A stretch of DNA of 64,000 nt from NCBI GenBank assembly GCA_031973215.1, contig DALYDK010000002.1, forward strand, positions 63,276 to 127,275, written 5' to 3'. Source of the stretch: Candidatus Saccharimonadota bacterium. GTDB taxonomy: Bacteria; Patescibacteriota; Saccharimonadia; Saccharimonadales; CAIOMD01. Every line of letters starts with the position of its first letter. Position 1 is the first letter of the stretch. The notes under the pieces were generated by a model, which searched no databases, was not told the origin of the DNA, and saw nothing but the letters and a program-made list of their open reading frames with translations. Both the position numbers and the translations under genes were made by a program. This document shows, one piece after another, positions 8,137 to 16,069 of the stretch.

Positions 8137-8604
8137 CTATTTAGTCTTTGTGTCAACAGTATCTGTGGCTTTATTTTCCGAATTATTTTTATTTATGTTC
8201 CCAGCAATAATTGGAATAAGTAAAATAAGCCCACTAGCAATTGCAAACACTCCGGCAAGCCTTCTAATAATTGTCGTATCAAAAAGCTCAAAGGCTTTTG
8301 CGAACGCATACATAGCCAGTAATAGCAAAACACTTGCAATAATTTTCCCCTGCTTTGGGCTAGAGCCGTTCCATACAAAGGCCCCACAGGCTAACGCAAT
8401 GACACCAATCAACAATGATTCTGCCATAACGCTATCACTTGCGCTTAAAAGCAGAACTCCACCTATGAGCACCGATGCAATTGCACCAATTATTTTTACT
8501 ATTTTATTGAGCGTACCATTGTCTTTCACTACAAAACCCCTTTTACATAAATATAAACTATGGGGATGCTTTTGAATAGTGCTGTAGATTTTCTTATTAA
8601 GCAA
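8137..8604 (-). CDS. Hypothetical integral membrane protein
   Basis: 155-aa ORF with about 4 hydrophobic segments (IIGAIASVLIGGVLLL, LLIGVIALACGAFVW and others). The start is uncertain, because the first Met overlaps the divergent rarA upstream region. Confidence 0.5.
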   Translation of the reverse strand: MLNKKIYSTIQKHPHSLYLCKRGFVVKDNGTLNKIVKIIGAIASVLIGGVLLLSASDSVMAESLLIGVIALACGAFVWNGSSPKQGKIIASVLLLLAMYAFAKAFELFDTTIIRRLAGVFAIASGLILLIPIIAGNINKNNSENKATDTVDTKTK

Positions 8605-8622
8605 AGGTTTATACTTAAATAT

Positions 8623-9792
8623 ATGAACAACCAGCCATTGGCAGAAAAAATGAGACCAACCAATTTAGATGATGTCTTTGGGCAAAAGAATCTTGTTGGA
8701 CCCGGCAAAATAATTACTAGACTCATTGAAACCAAACAACCAACAAGCTTAATTCTTTGGGGGCCACCAGGAACGGGCAAAACAACACTTGCCAGAATTA
8801 TTGCCAGCCAAACAGAGTCAGATTTTATTGAACTTTCTGCCGTCACCGCCGGCAAGGCAGATGTTAGCCGGGTTAGCGAACACGCCAAACAAAATAAAAG
8901 GCTTGGCATGCGCACAATTTTATTTGTCGATGAAATTCACAGATTCAATAAAGCCCAGCAAGATGCATTTCTGCCACTGGTTGAATCGGGAATAATAGTT
9001 CTTATTGGGGCAACTACCGAAAACCCAAGTTTCGAGGTAATTAATCCTCTGTTAAGCAGAAGCAGGGTTTTAGTTTTAGAACCATTAACAACTGAAGCCA
9101 TAGAAGAAATTATTAAAAGAGCAGCAAAACAAGAAAAAATCAGCCGTAAACAATTGCCATCAAGTAGCATAAGGCTATTAGCAGAACTATCTTCTGGTGA
9201 TGCCCGAGTAGCACTCAATAATTTAGAGCTAGCCAGTAACTTGGCAAAGAATTCAACAATATCCAAAGAAGTTATTCTTACCGCAGCTCAGAAAAAAGTT
9301 CCTATTTTTGATAAGTCGGCAGACGCTCATTACGATATAATTAGCGCTTATATAAAGAGTCTTCGCGGAGGATCTGTAGAAGGTGCACTTTATTGGCTTG
9401 CCAGAGCACTGCAGGCGGGAGAAGATCCTAAGTTTATAGCTAGAAGAATGATTATTTTCGCATCTGAAGATATTGGTCTAGCCGGTAATGGAGCGCTCTC
9501 CCTGGCCGTTGCCACATTTCAGGCTGTAGAACGAATTGGCATGCCAGAGTGTAGATATAATTTATTTCACTGCGCGGTAGCTTTAGCTAAATCAAAAAAA
9601 TCACGAGAAATTACTAATTTAATGACAAATGCGCAGGTTTTAGCAGAAAATTACCCTGACTCGCCCGTTCCGCTGCATTTAAGAAACGCGCCAACAAAAC
9701 TAATGAAAAGCCTGGGCTACGGTAAAAACTATGAATGGCAAGCAGATTTTGTTCCCGAAGACGGCTTTTTACCGAAAGATATAAAACCCTAG
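8623..9792 (+). CDS. rarA: Replication-associated recombination protein A (AAA+ ATPase)
   Basis: MNNQPLAEKMRPTNLDDVFGQ is a typical RarA N-terminus. Walker A GPPGTGKTT, Walker B LFVDEIHRFNK, MgsA C-terminal region (ALYWLARALQAGEDP). I chose the ATG at 8623 rather than the track start at 8560. Confidence 0.9.
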   Translation: MNNQPLAEKMRPTNLDDVFGQKNLVGPGKIITRLIETKQPTSLILWGPPGTGKTTLARIIASQTESDFIELSAVTAGKADVSRVSEHAKQNKRLGMRTILFVDEIHRFNKAQQDAFLPLVESGIIVLIGATTENPSFEVINPLLSRSRVLVLEPLTTEAIEEIIKRAAKQEKISRKQLPSSSIRLLAELSSGDARVALNNLELASNLAKNSTISKEVILTAAQKKVPIFDKSADAHYDIISAYIKSLRGGSVEGALYWLARALQAGEDPKFIARRMIIFASEDIGLAGNGALSLAVATFQAVERIGMPECRYNLFHCAVALAKSKKSREITNLMTNAQVLAENYPDSPVPLHLRNAPTKLMKSLGYGKNYEWQADFVPEDGFLPKDIKP

Positions 9793-9814
9793 CAAGACAA
9801 ACATAGCCTATACT

Positions 9815-9843
9815 TTTTATAAATTATAAGAGTTTGGTATAAT
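9815..9843 (+). promoter_or_regulatory. Putative extended -10 promoter upstream of the tRNA-like/tRNA-Gln region
   Basis: TGGTATAAT at 9835-9843 (TGn plus TATAAT). A weak -35 (TTTTAT) lies 17 nt upstream. It sits about 15 nt before the pseudo-tRNA. Confidence 0.45.
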
Positions 9844-9858
9844 TTATCGGCGAATCAT

Positions 9859-9925
9859 TAGGGTGTCGCTCGGGTGCGTAAGGCACTGAGGTTCACGGTC
9901 CCAGCATTCGGGGTGAGAATTGCCA
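9859..9925 (+). pseudogene. tRNA-Gln-like pseudo-tRNA (5' acceptor half through variable region; T-arm degenerate, no 3' acceptor)
   Basis: It aligns with the intact tRNA-Gln downstream: GCGTAAGGCACTGAGGTTCACGGTCCCAGCATTCGGGG versus GCGGTAAGGCACTGGGTTCTGGTCCCAGGATCGGGGG. The anticodon stem-loop is 2 nt too long. The T-loop reads TGAGAAT with no pairing stem. The 5' acceptor half TAGGGTG has no local partner. Confidence 0.55.
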
Positions 9926-9980
9926 GTGACAATTCGCAAGGCAATCTTCACTTTAAAGCTATACTTTCAAAGCTTAAGTT

Positions 9981-10035
9981 GCGGGGTCGCGGAACGTGAC
10001 TCGAATCCCAAATTTATTAACATTACGAACCCCGC
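9981..10035 (+). other. Hairpin (GCGGGGT/ACCCCGC) enclosing a tRNA T-loop-like TCGAATCCC core
   Basis: 7-bp stem at 9981-9987/10029-10035. The interior GGAACGTGACTCGAATCCC resembles the fragment at 10799-10820 (GGAAGCAAGCGCTCGAATCCC). Confidence 0.4.
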
Positions 10036-10060
10036 TTGGGTTATAATAGAGCAAAGTTAT

Positions 10061-10134
10061 TGGGGATTGGCCAAGCGGTAAGGCACTGGGTTCTGGTCCC
10101 AGGATCGGGGGTTCGAATCCCTCATCCCCAGCCA
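10061..10134 (+). tRNA. tRNA-Gln (anticodon CUG), CCA encoded
   Basis: Cloverleaf read by eye: TGGGGAT TG GCC AAGCGGTAA GGC A CTGGG TTCTGGT CCCAG GATC GGGGG TTCGAAT CCCTC ATCCCCA G CCA. U1:A72 and G73 are typical of Gln. Confidence 0.9.
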
Positions 10135-10158
10135 AGTAGTGCACCAAAGGAGACCTGT

Positions 10159-10680
10159 GTGGATCGCCACAAATTATTTCTAGAAACAGTAAAAGAGCTT
10201 AAGTTAAGGTCATCTTCTCAAGAATATTACGACAACTTGATGTCAGCTGGTTTGCTGGCAAAACTACTACTTGACGGACATTCATTAGTGGACGAAGTTA
10301 ATCGTACCGCGCGTCTAAAAATTCGCTATAGAATTGTAAAGCAAAATCCCCCGGCAATACCAAACCTAGTTTTTTGGGCGGCACAAGACGGAATTGATCC
10401 GAATGATCAGCCTCCTGGCAGTCCAAGCCCCGAAGAATTATCATTGGATGACATGTTAAAAGTTCCACTCATGATTTATGGTGGGCAAGAATATAACGTT
10501 GCAGAGAGTATAAATTTTCTACGTAACAAGGCCGGTGCTGTGCATATTGGTCCAAGCAATTCGGATAAAGATAAGGTGCTTGGTGATGCTACTCAGCCCG
10601 TTGCAAGAAGTATGAAAGCCGTAGCAAGGGTAGTATTAAATAGTCTAGAACCGCTAATTAAAGTTATTAGGTCGAACTAG
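10159..10680 (+). CDS. Hypothetical protein with Rx6H (HEPN-like) motif
   Basis: The track ORF 10036..10680 runs through the tRNA. A GTG at 10159, preceded by AAGGAG (10147-10152), gives a 173-aa product. No family was recognised. Contains INFLRNKAGAVHIG. Confidence 0.55.
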   Translation: MDRHKLFLETVKELKLRSSSQEYYDNLMSAGLLAKLLLDGHSLVDEVNRTARLKIRYRIVKQNPPAIPNLVFWAAQDGIDPNDQPPGSPSPEELSLDDMLKVPLMIYGGQEYNVAESINFLRNKAGAVHIGPSNSDKDKVLGDATQPVARSMKAVARVVLNSLEPLIKVIRSN

Positions 10681-10809
10681 ACCTGTACGCACAGCCAAAT
10701 GCGACAGTTGAAAATCATACCTATCTCCCTATTGTTATATATAGGTCAGAAGGTCTGATTTAGTATCAGGTTAGTGTACCAGACCCGTAAGTCTAGCCAG
10801 GAAGCAAGC

Positions 10810-10833
10810 GCTCGAATCCCTCCACCCTAGCCA
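10810..10833 (+). repeat. tRNA 3'-end fragment (T-loop/T-stem/acceptor/CCA), att-like scar
   Basis: GCTCGAATCCCTCCACCCTAGCCA, compared with GTTCGAATCCCTCATCCCCAGCCA in tRNA-Gln. Its acceptor half CACCCTA is the exact complement of TAGGGTG at 9859-9865. No upstream T-stem partner, so it is not a functional tRNA. Confidence 0.55.
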
Positions 10834-10837
10834 AATA

Positions 10838-10868
10838 ATTTAGACCTGAGTTAAGATTAGGTCTAAAT
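10838..10868. terminator. 10-bp perfect hairpin between convergent transcription units
   Basis: ATTTAGACCT-(11 nt)-AGGTCTAAAT. On the minus strand it is followed by TATTTGG, a weak U-tract. It lies downstream of the 10906 gene end. Confidence 0.4.
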
Positions 10869-10905
10869 GAATTGGCAAAAGTAATCGTCTGGCTAGGTCA
10901 GGATC

Positions 10906-11649
10906 TTATTGCACTAAAGATTTAATTGTTTTGATAATTAGATCTTTTGGAAGAGGTTCGCTTAGACTAAACCAAAGAGTTCCCTTGCCCTTTTGGTAGG
11001 GCTGTAATGCTAATTTCAGCCCTGCTTCTTTGGGCACTGGATATACTCCCAGGTGGTCTTTCCAGCCTGAAATAAATACTCTTGGTCGTTTTTCATCAAT
11101 TTTATATCCTACTACACCATAACTAAGCACTTCTTGAGCATTTGGTAAAGTTTGCTTAACTAATTTTCTAAGTTCATTAAATCTAGGCAGTGCAGCGGCC
11201 GGAACCTGTCGGCAATATTCATCTACAGTGGTAGGTTTTTGTAAAATGTTAGCACCAACCTTGAATGACTTTTTGAGCATTTGTTTAAGAATATTAACGT
11301 CAATATCCGTTAGTTTCGTAATGTATAAGCACGAAACACTTACCTTGTATTTGCCTAAGCTGCTAAGCTCCCCCGAATAACGATCAAAGCCTTCTGCAAA
11401 ATAGACCGAAATAGCCTGTTTTCTTGGGCTAAAACTAAGTATTGGCATATCGCCCTCTCTGCCACTATCGTATTTATAATGCTGGCTTCCAAAACCAATA
11501 ATACTAGGGCCCCACATTACGGGATCCAGCTTGCTAATTTTTGACATTATTTCTATTAATTCTTTTGACTCATTCTGCCTATTTAAAGAAAGGTCTGAAA
11601 TAAAATGCGTAACATTTGCGTTTGTGGGCATTGTTTTGTTGTCGGTCAT
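10906..11649 (-). CDS. Tandem DUF1801 (YdhG-like) domain protein
   Basis: Two DUF1801-like halves (NVTHFISDL...WGPSIIGFG and VDEYCRQVP...SYGVVGYK...LWFSL). I chose the start at Met30 (11649) because the first 29 codons overlap a canonical plus-strand promoter. Starting at 11736 remains possible. Confidence 0.6.
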   Translation of the reverse strand: MTDNKTMPTNANVTHFISDLSLNRQNESKELIEIMSKISKLDPVMWGPSIIGFGSQHYKYDSGREGDMPILSFSPRKQAISVYFAEGFDRYSGELSSLGKYKVSVSCLYITKLTDIDVNILKQMLKKSFKVGANILQKPTTVDEYCRQVPAAALPRFNELRKLVKQTLPNAQEVLSYGVVGYKIDEKRPRVFISGWKDHLGVYPVPKEAGLKLALQPYQKGKGTLWFSLSEPLPKDLIIKTIKSLVQ

Positions 11650-11721
11650 ATAAAAAGTATATATTTTTTTATTAAATGAAATAGTACTATTGTACTCACG
11701 GGAGTTTATAACACAAGCATA

Positions 11722-11750
11722 TTGACTTTTTTTCATGCTTATGCTATAAT
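11722..11750 (+). promoter_or_regulatory. Sigma70-type promoter for the surface-protein gene
   Basis: TTGACT (11722-11727), a 17-nt spacer ending in TGC, then TATAAT (11745-11750). The downstream 5'UTR has a hairpin GGGATTgtggAATCCC and an AAGGAG RBS. Confidence 0.6.
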
Positions 11751-11798
11751 ACTCTATGAATGGGATTGTGGAATCCCAGGAGTAAGGAGTTTTAAGTT

Positions 11799-12905
11799 AT
11801 GAATTTATCTAACATGAGAAATGCTACGGCTTTAGTTTTCCCTAGCATATTTACCAAAAAATTTAAGTTTATTGCTATAAGTATAATTATTGCACTAAGT
11901 AATTTAGCGCCACTAGGATTGCTAGCTAGCAATGCCTCTGCTGCGAATATTGATAACGATCCTGATTGTGATCAGTACTCTGTTATGTATTGTGGTGGTT
12001 TTACCATGAACGAAATTGAAAAGAAGTTCTTAAAAGGCGACGGACAACACAGTGCCAACAACATTCAGAACATTTATAAAGACCTAGGTATTACAGAAAA
12101 AGAAGTTAAAGCTAATGGTTTTGTAAATGGCGTTGTATACCGAAACGGAAATATAGAAGTTAAGAATAAGGTAGTTGCTAAAAATGCAAAAACCTATATT
12201 AGAACAATGGGCAAGGTAGATTCTAGCAAAATGGGATCTGCGCAAACTGCTTTTGTAAAACTTAACAAAGATGGCCAGTTCCAATATGCAATTATGAAGC
12301 CTTGTGGTAACCCTGTTTCTGCTAAAAATATTGTTCCTGAACCAACCCCAACTCCTGCCCCTACCCCTACCCCAACTCCTACGCCTACACCACAACCTCA
12401 GCCTCAGCCTCAACCTGAACCAAAACCTGAGCCAAAGCCAGAACCTCAACCAGTACAAACATTAACCTGTAACTCATTAGTTAAAGTATTCGGCGAAAAT
12501 AGAGAAGTAAGTACTGAAATACAAGCCACAGCTACAAATGGCGCAACAATAACTAAGTATTCAACAGATTTCGGAGATGGCACAATTGTTAGCGGTAAAA
12601 ACGCATCTCATATTTATGCCACTGACGGAACATTTAAAATAGTTGGTACAGTTACAGGAATGGTAAACGGTAAAGAAGTTTCTGTTACAGCAAACGAATG
12701 TCAAACTACTGTTTCGTTCGAAAAATCTACTCCTGTCTGTCCTATAAACCCCGCGCTTCCTGCCAACGACCCTAAGTGCGTAGAAGACAGCATACCTGCT
12801 AGCTTACCTAACACTGGCCCCGGACAAATGCTTGGATTATTTGCCGGAACAAGCATGCTAAGTGCAGTGGCTTACAGATTCTGGTTAAGTAGATTCATGT
12901 CTTAG
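11799..12905 (+). CDS. LPXTG-anchored cell-surface protein with Pro-rich linker and PKD-like domain
   Basis: Signal/TM N-terminus. (PT)n(PQ)n(PEPK)n linker. PKD-like TDFGDGT...HIYATDGTFKIVGTVTG. C-terminal LPNTG, then a hydrophobic stretch and a basic tail (RFWLSRFMS). Confidence 0.85.
   Translation: MNLSNMRNATALVFPSIFTKKFKFIAISIIIALSNLAPLGLLASNASAANIDNDPDCDQYSVMYCGGFTMNEIEKKFLKGDGQHSANNIQNIYKDLGITEKEVKANGFVNGVVYRNGNIEVKNKVVAKNAKTYIRTMGKVDSSKMGSAQTAFVKLNKDGQFQYAIMKPCGNPVSAKNIVPEPTPTPAPTPTPTPTPTPQPQPQPQPEPKPEPKPEPQPVQTLTCNSLVKVFGENREVSTEIQATATNGATITKYSTDFGDGTIVSGKNASHIYATDGTFKIVGTVTGMVNGKEVSVTANECQTTVSFEKSTPVCPINPALPANDPKCVEDSIPASLPNTGPGQMLGLFAGTSMLSAVAYRFWLSRFMS
12338..12452 (+). repeat. Low-complexity coding repeat (Pro-Thr / Pro-Gln / Pro-Glu-Pro-Lys)
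   Basis: Short CCN-ACN / CCN-CAR / CCWGARCCAAAR units encoding PEPTPTPAPTPTPTPTPTPQPQPQPQPEPKPEPKPEPQP. Confidence 0.9.
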
Positions 12906-12929
12906 ATAGTCTATAAACCAATTAGATTT

Positions 12930-12964
12930 ATACCCCTCTATTTTCGGAGGGGTATATTATTTTC
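12930..12964 (+). terminator. Intrinsic terminator
   Basis: ATACCCCTC-tattttcg-GAGGGGTAT followed by ATTATTTTC, 25 nt after the stop. Confidence 0.7.
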
Positions 12965-12989
12965 AACTAAATTATAAAAATAATCTATA

Positions 12990-13766
12990 ATGAACATAAA
13001 GAGTTATAACAAAATGAATCTTTTTAATTTCATTCCAGGCTACGACACAAATGTGTATCAGGCAGGGCGAGAGCCTGCGCTAGTCATGTTGCTATCTTTT
13101 ATTTTGACCTACATGTTAGCTAGGGGCTACACAAGAATAGCCAGAAAAACTGGTTGGGGGAGTGCTTCTTTTGGAGGGGTACATGCACACCATATGGTTT
13201 TTGGTATGGTGATTGCCTTTGTTTCAGGTGCCTTAGTGTTTGCCTTTTCACCAGAGCAGGGGCCATTTTTGCTACTGCTAGCTGCTGCGTTTGGTGGCGG
13301 TGCCGCACTTGTTTTAGATGAATTTGCCCTGCTTTTTCATCTTGAAGATGTTTACTGGGAAAAAGAAGGCCGCAAGTCAATTGATGCAATTGTTATTAGT
13401 CTACTTTTAGGTTTCATCTTTTTAATGCAAACTCCACCACTAGGGACAGGGTCGGAAGATTTTGGAGTTCCATTTTTTGTTGCCGTAGCAATTAACCTGC
13501 CATTTATTATAATTTCTGGACTTAAAGGAAAAATTTATTTTGCACTTTTTGGTCTTTTTGTTCCGCTACTGGCATTAATTGGCTCGCTAAGAATAGCCAA
13601 GCCTGATTCTATTTGGAGCAAAAAATTTTATAACAAATCTAAGAAGCAAAAAAGTAAGCAAAGATATGCTTCTTACCATAGAAAATGGGCTACTAAAAAA
13701 GAGAAGCTCTGGGATATAATTGGCGGCCGAACCGGAAGACCCCCTCAAAAATCCAAGGCTAAATAA
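12990..13766 (+). CDS. Hypothetical integral membrane protein with basic C-terminal tail
   Basis: 258 aa, about 6 hydrophobic segments, Lys/Arg-rich tail (KKQKSKQRYASYHRKWATKKEK). The start could instead be the Met at 13014. Confidence 0.55.
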   Translation: MNIKSYNKMNLFNFIPGYDTNVYQAGREPALVMLLSFILTYMLARGYTRIARKTGWGSASFGGVHAHHMVFGMVIAFVSGALVFAFSPEQGPFLLLLAAAFGGGAALVLDEFALLFHLEDVYWEKEGRKSIDAIVISLLLGFIFLMQTPPLGTGSEDFGVPFFVAVAINLPFIIISGLKGKIYFALFGLFVPLLALIGSLRIAKPDSIWSKKFYNKSKKQKSKQRYASYHRKWATKKEKLWDIIGGRTGRPPQKSKAK

Positions 13767-13769
13767 ATT

Positions 13770-15068
13770 TTACTTTTGGTTAATTAAATCTATATAAAGT
13801 GCAGCAGTCCAAGAAAAATCTTTAGAGCCAGCGGAAGAGCCGTCTATTGCTGAATAATATTCTGAAAAGTCAGACCCTTCTTCAATTAAACTAATAGTTT
13901 GCTGTTTTAGTTTATTTGCTAAATCAAGAAAATTATATCTTTTTAGGCCTTCAATAATTAACCAATTAATATTCACCCAAACCGGACCTCTCCAATAATT
14001 TTTTTCTAAGAACCAGTCTGAATTTATAGGAACGGTAGCAATGCCGCTTTTTGGCCACCAAGTTCCACCTTCTTTAATTTTATTCATAATGCCTAGGGCT
14101 TGTTCTTTTGTTAGTGCTCCTGAATAAAGCAAAATAAACTCAGCAACCGTTTCAATTTGAATATGATTTTTTGTCCTTGTATCCCTGCTCCAAAATGATC
14201 CATTATTATAAAGTTGTTTTATCTCATTTTTGGTATTGCCAATTGCATCTATTAACTCTGGCTTAAGTGGAATTTCTGCCTCTGCAGACATCTGCAGCAA
14301 TAAGGTATTTGCTCTAATTAACACTGAATTATATAAAAGGTCTTCAATAACTGGAATTCTTGTATTTTCTATAATTTTATCTAGGTTGTAGCTTTGCCTA
14401 CTTGCCTGTTTGACAAAACTATAAAAAGAATAAAGGTCCGCTGAATTTGGGCGTTGACTAGCAGGCACCGTAGAAGTGTCTTTTCTTAATTTATTTAATA
14501 GTTTTTCTTGTCCTAGTGCTCTAAGGGTTCTGATTTTTAAAGGCACTGCACTACGAACCTCTCTAAGCCAGTACGGTGTATTGTCCATTCCGCACTCCCA
14601 CGGGTGAATAAGGCTAATGAACGGTGAATTACCGTATCTTCTGTTTTCGTAAACCCAGGTATGACACTTAATAAGTCCCGGCAATGTCTGTTTATACCAT
14701 TGCTGTTTTTGCTTTTGGTCCAACCTTGCAGCGACTTTATTTATAGCCTCGGCTAGCATAGGTGGTTGAGTTATACAGGTTGTTTCTACTAATCTTGGCC
14801 CGCCATGCCTAGAGCTTTTCCAGTACCCTGGACCAAAATGATAACTAGTCTCGCCAGAAAAAATAATATGTGGAATCATTCCGTTTTCCCATTGCCCGCT
14901 TAATAATGATAAAATTTCCTGTTTAGCCCGATCGATATCAACCCAACTTAGACCTATAGAGATAAAACAGCTATCCCAAAACCATTGATGTGGATACAAT
15001 CCAAGCGCCGGCTTAGTAGATTTCTCTAATTTGTTTTTATTTAATACTTCAATAGCTTTTTCTATCAT
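13770..15068 (-). CDS. Six-hairpin glycoside hydrolase, GH63-like (glucosyl/mannosylglycerate hydrolase-like), paralog 1
   Basis: 432 aa. LYPHQWFWDSCFISIGL, ITQPPMLA, IHPWECGMDNTP, YWRGPVWVNINWLI, FSEYY..DFSWTAALYIDL. Clear paralog of 37069..38412. The family assignment is from motif recall only. Confidence 0.6.
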   Translation of the reverse strand: MIEKAIEVLNKNKLEKSTKPALGLYPHQWFWDSCFISIGLSWVDIDRAKQEILSLLSGQWENGMIPHIIFSGETSYHFGPGYWKSSRHGGPRLVETTCITQPPMLAEAINKVAARLDQKQKQQWYKQTLPGLIKCHTWVYENRRYGNSPFISLIHPWECGMDNTPYWLREVRSAVPLKIRTLRALGQEKLLNKLRKDTSTVPASQRPNSADLYSFYSFVKQASRQSYNLDKIIENTRIPVIEDLLYNSVLIRANTLLLQMSAEAEIPLKPELIDAIGNTKNEIKQLYNNGSFWSRDTRTKNHIQIETVAEFILLYSGALTKEQALGIMNKIKEGGTWWPKSGIATVPINSDWFLEKNYWRGPVWVNINWLIIEGLKRYNFLDLANKLKQQTISLIEEGSDFSEYYSAIDGSSAGSKDFSWTAALYIDLINQK

Positions 15069-15169
15069 GACACTATAAATAATAATCTAGTTTAAGAATA
15101 TATAGTTAAATTTGTAAGCCTTTGACTCAAGTTCTATAATAATGCCTAGATAATACGAAAGCAGTAAAA

Positions 15170-16069
15170 ATGTCTGTTCTAAAAACAAAAAACTTAACTA
15201 AATACTATGGTAAAGAGCGGGGCATCGTCGATGTAAGCATTTCAATAGAAAAAGGTGAAATATTCGGCTTTATTGGGCCAAACGGCGCTGGAAAATCAAC
15301 TACTATAAGAACAATTTTGGGCCTACTTAAAGCTTCTGGCGGAAGCATCGAACTATTTGAACAAGATGCAACCCTAAAGGGACCACAGTTGAGAGAAAAA
15401 ATTGGCTACTTGCCGTCTGAAGTTTATTACTACGACAACCTAAAAGCCAAAGAGCTCTTAATGTATTCGGCAAGTTTTTATCCAATTAAAAAAACGGCGG
15501 CTTTGGCAAAAATGCAAAATTTAGCCGATAAACTCCAGTTAGACCTTAATAAAAAGATTGACTCTCTTTCTTTTGGCAACAAAAAGAAAGTTGGAGTAAT
15601 TCAAAGCCTAATCCATAGCCCAGAACTAATAATATTAGATGAGCCAACTAGTGGGTTAGATCCTCTTATGCAGCAGCAGTTCTACGAAATACTTAAAGAA
15701 GAAAACGATAGAGGAGCAAGTATTATGCTATCGTCCCACAATCTACCAGAAATCCAAAAAATGTCTGATAGAGTTGGAATAATTCGAGAAGGAAAAATAA
15801 TCAAAGTTGATACTGTGGATAAATTAATTGGCAATAATTACAAAAAAGTTAACCTTGAACTACAAAAACCAAACCAGAAGCTTCCTAGTAATTCACAAAA
15901 AGGTATCACAAATGTTGAAACCAAAGATAATTTAAACTGTTCCTTCATGTGGAACGGGCCAATTAATGATCTAAATAAGCTACTTGCAACTTTAGACTTA
16001 AAAAACCTAAGTATTGAAGAGCCAGATTTAGAAGAAGTTTTTTTGCATTATTATAAAGAAGATCGATAG
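15170..16069 (+). CDS. ABC transporter ATP-binding protein (ABC-2 subfamily)
   Basis: Walker A GPNGAGKST, signature LSFGNKKKV, Walker B LIILDEPTSGLD, H-loop SSHNL. Confidence 0.9.
   Translation: MSVLKTKNLTKYYGKERGIVDVSISIEKGEIFGFIGPNGAGKSTTIRTILGLLKASGGSIELFEQDATLKGPQLREKIGYLPSEVYYYDNLKAKELLMYSASFYPIKKTAALAKMQNLADKLQLDLNKKIDSLSFGNKKKVGVIQSLIHSPELIILDEPTSGLDPLMQQQFYEILKEENDRGASIMLSSHNLPEIQKMSDRVGIIREGKIIKVDTVDKLIGNNYKKVNLELQKPNQKLPSNSQKGITNVETKDNLNCSFMWNGPINDLNKLLATLDLKNLSIEEPDLEEVFLHYYKEDR

Noticed and set aside
9948-9980. Short palindromes CTTTAAAG / AAGCTT / CTTAAG between the pseudo-tRNA and the hairpin at 9981.
   Set aside because: 6-8 bp AT-rich palindromes are expected by chance at this composition, and there is no flanking structure or repeat partner.
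10036-10158. The N-terminal 41 codons of track ORF 10036..10680.
   Set aside because: This part of the frame is simply the tRNA-Gln gene read as protein. A GTG with an AAGGAG RBS at 10159 gives a sensible start after the tRNA.
12338-12452. Possible CRISPR array or other spaced-repeat structure.
   Set aside because: The only tandem repetition in the window is this 6-12 nt coding Pro-codon repeat. No repeat-spacer periodicity of 25-40 nt was seen anywhere, and no cas genes are present.
12084-12458. A 124-aa minus-strand ORF rich in R/W/L (RFWLWLRFWFRLRLRLRLW).
   Set aside because: It is the antisense shadow of the Pro-rich repeat of the LPXTG protein. It has no RBS and is entirely contained in a well-supported gene.
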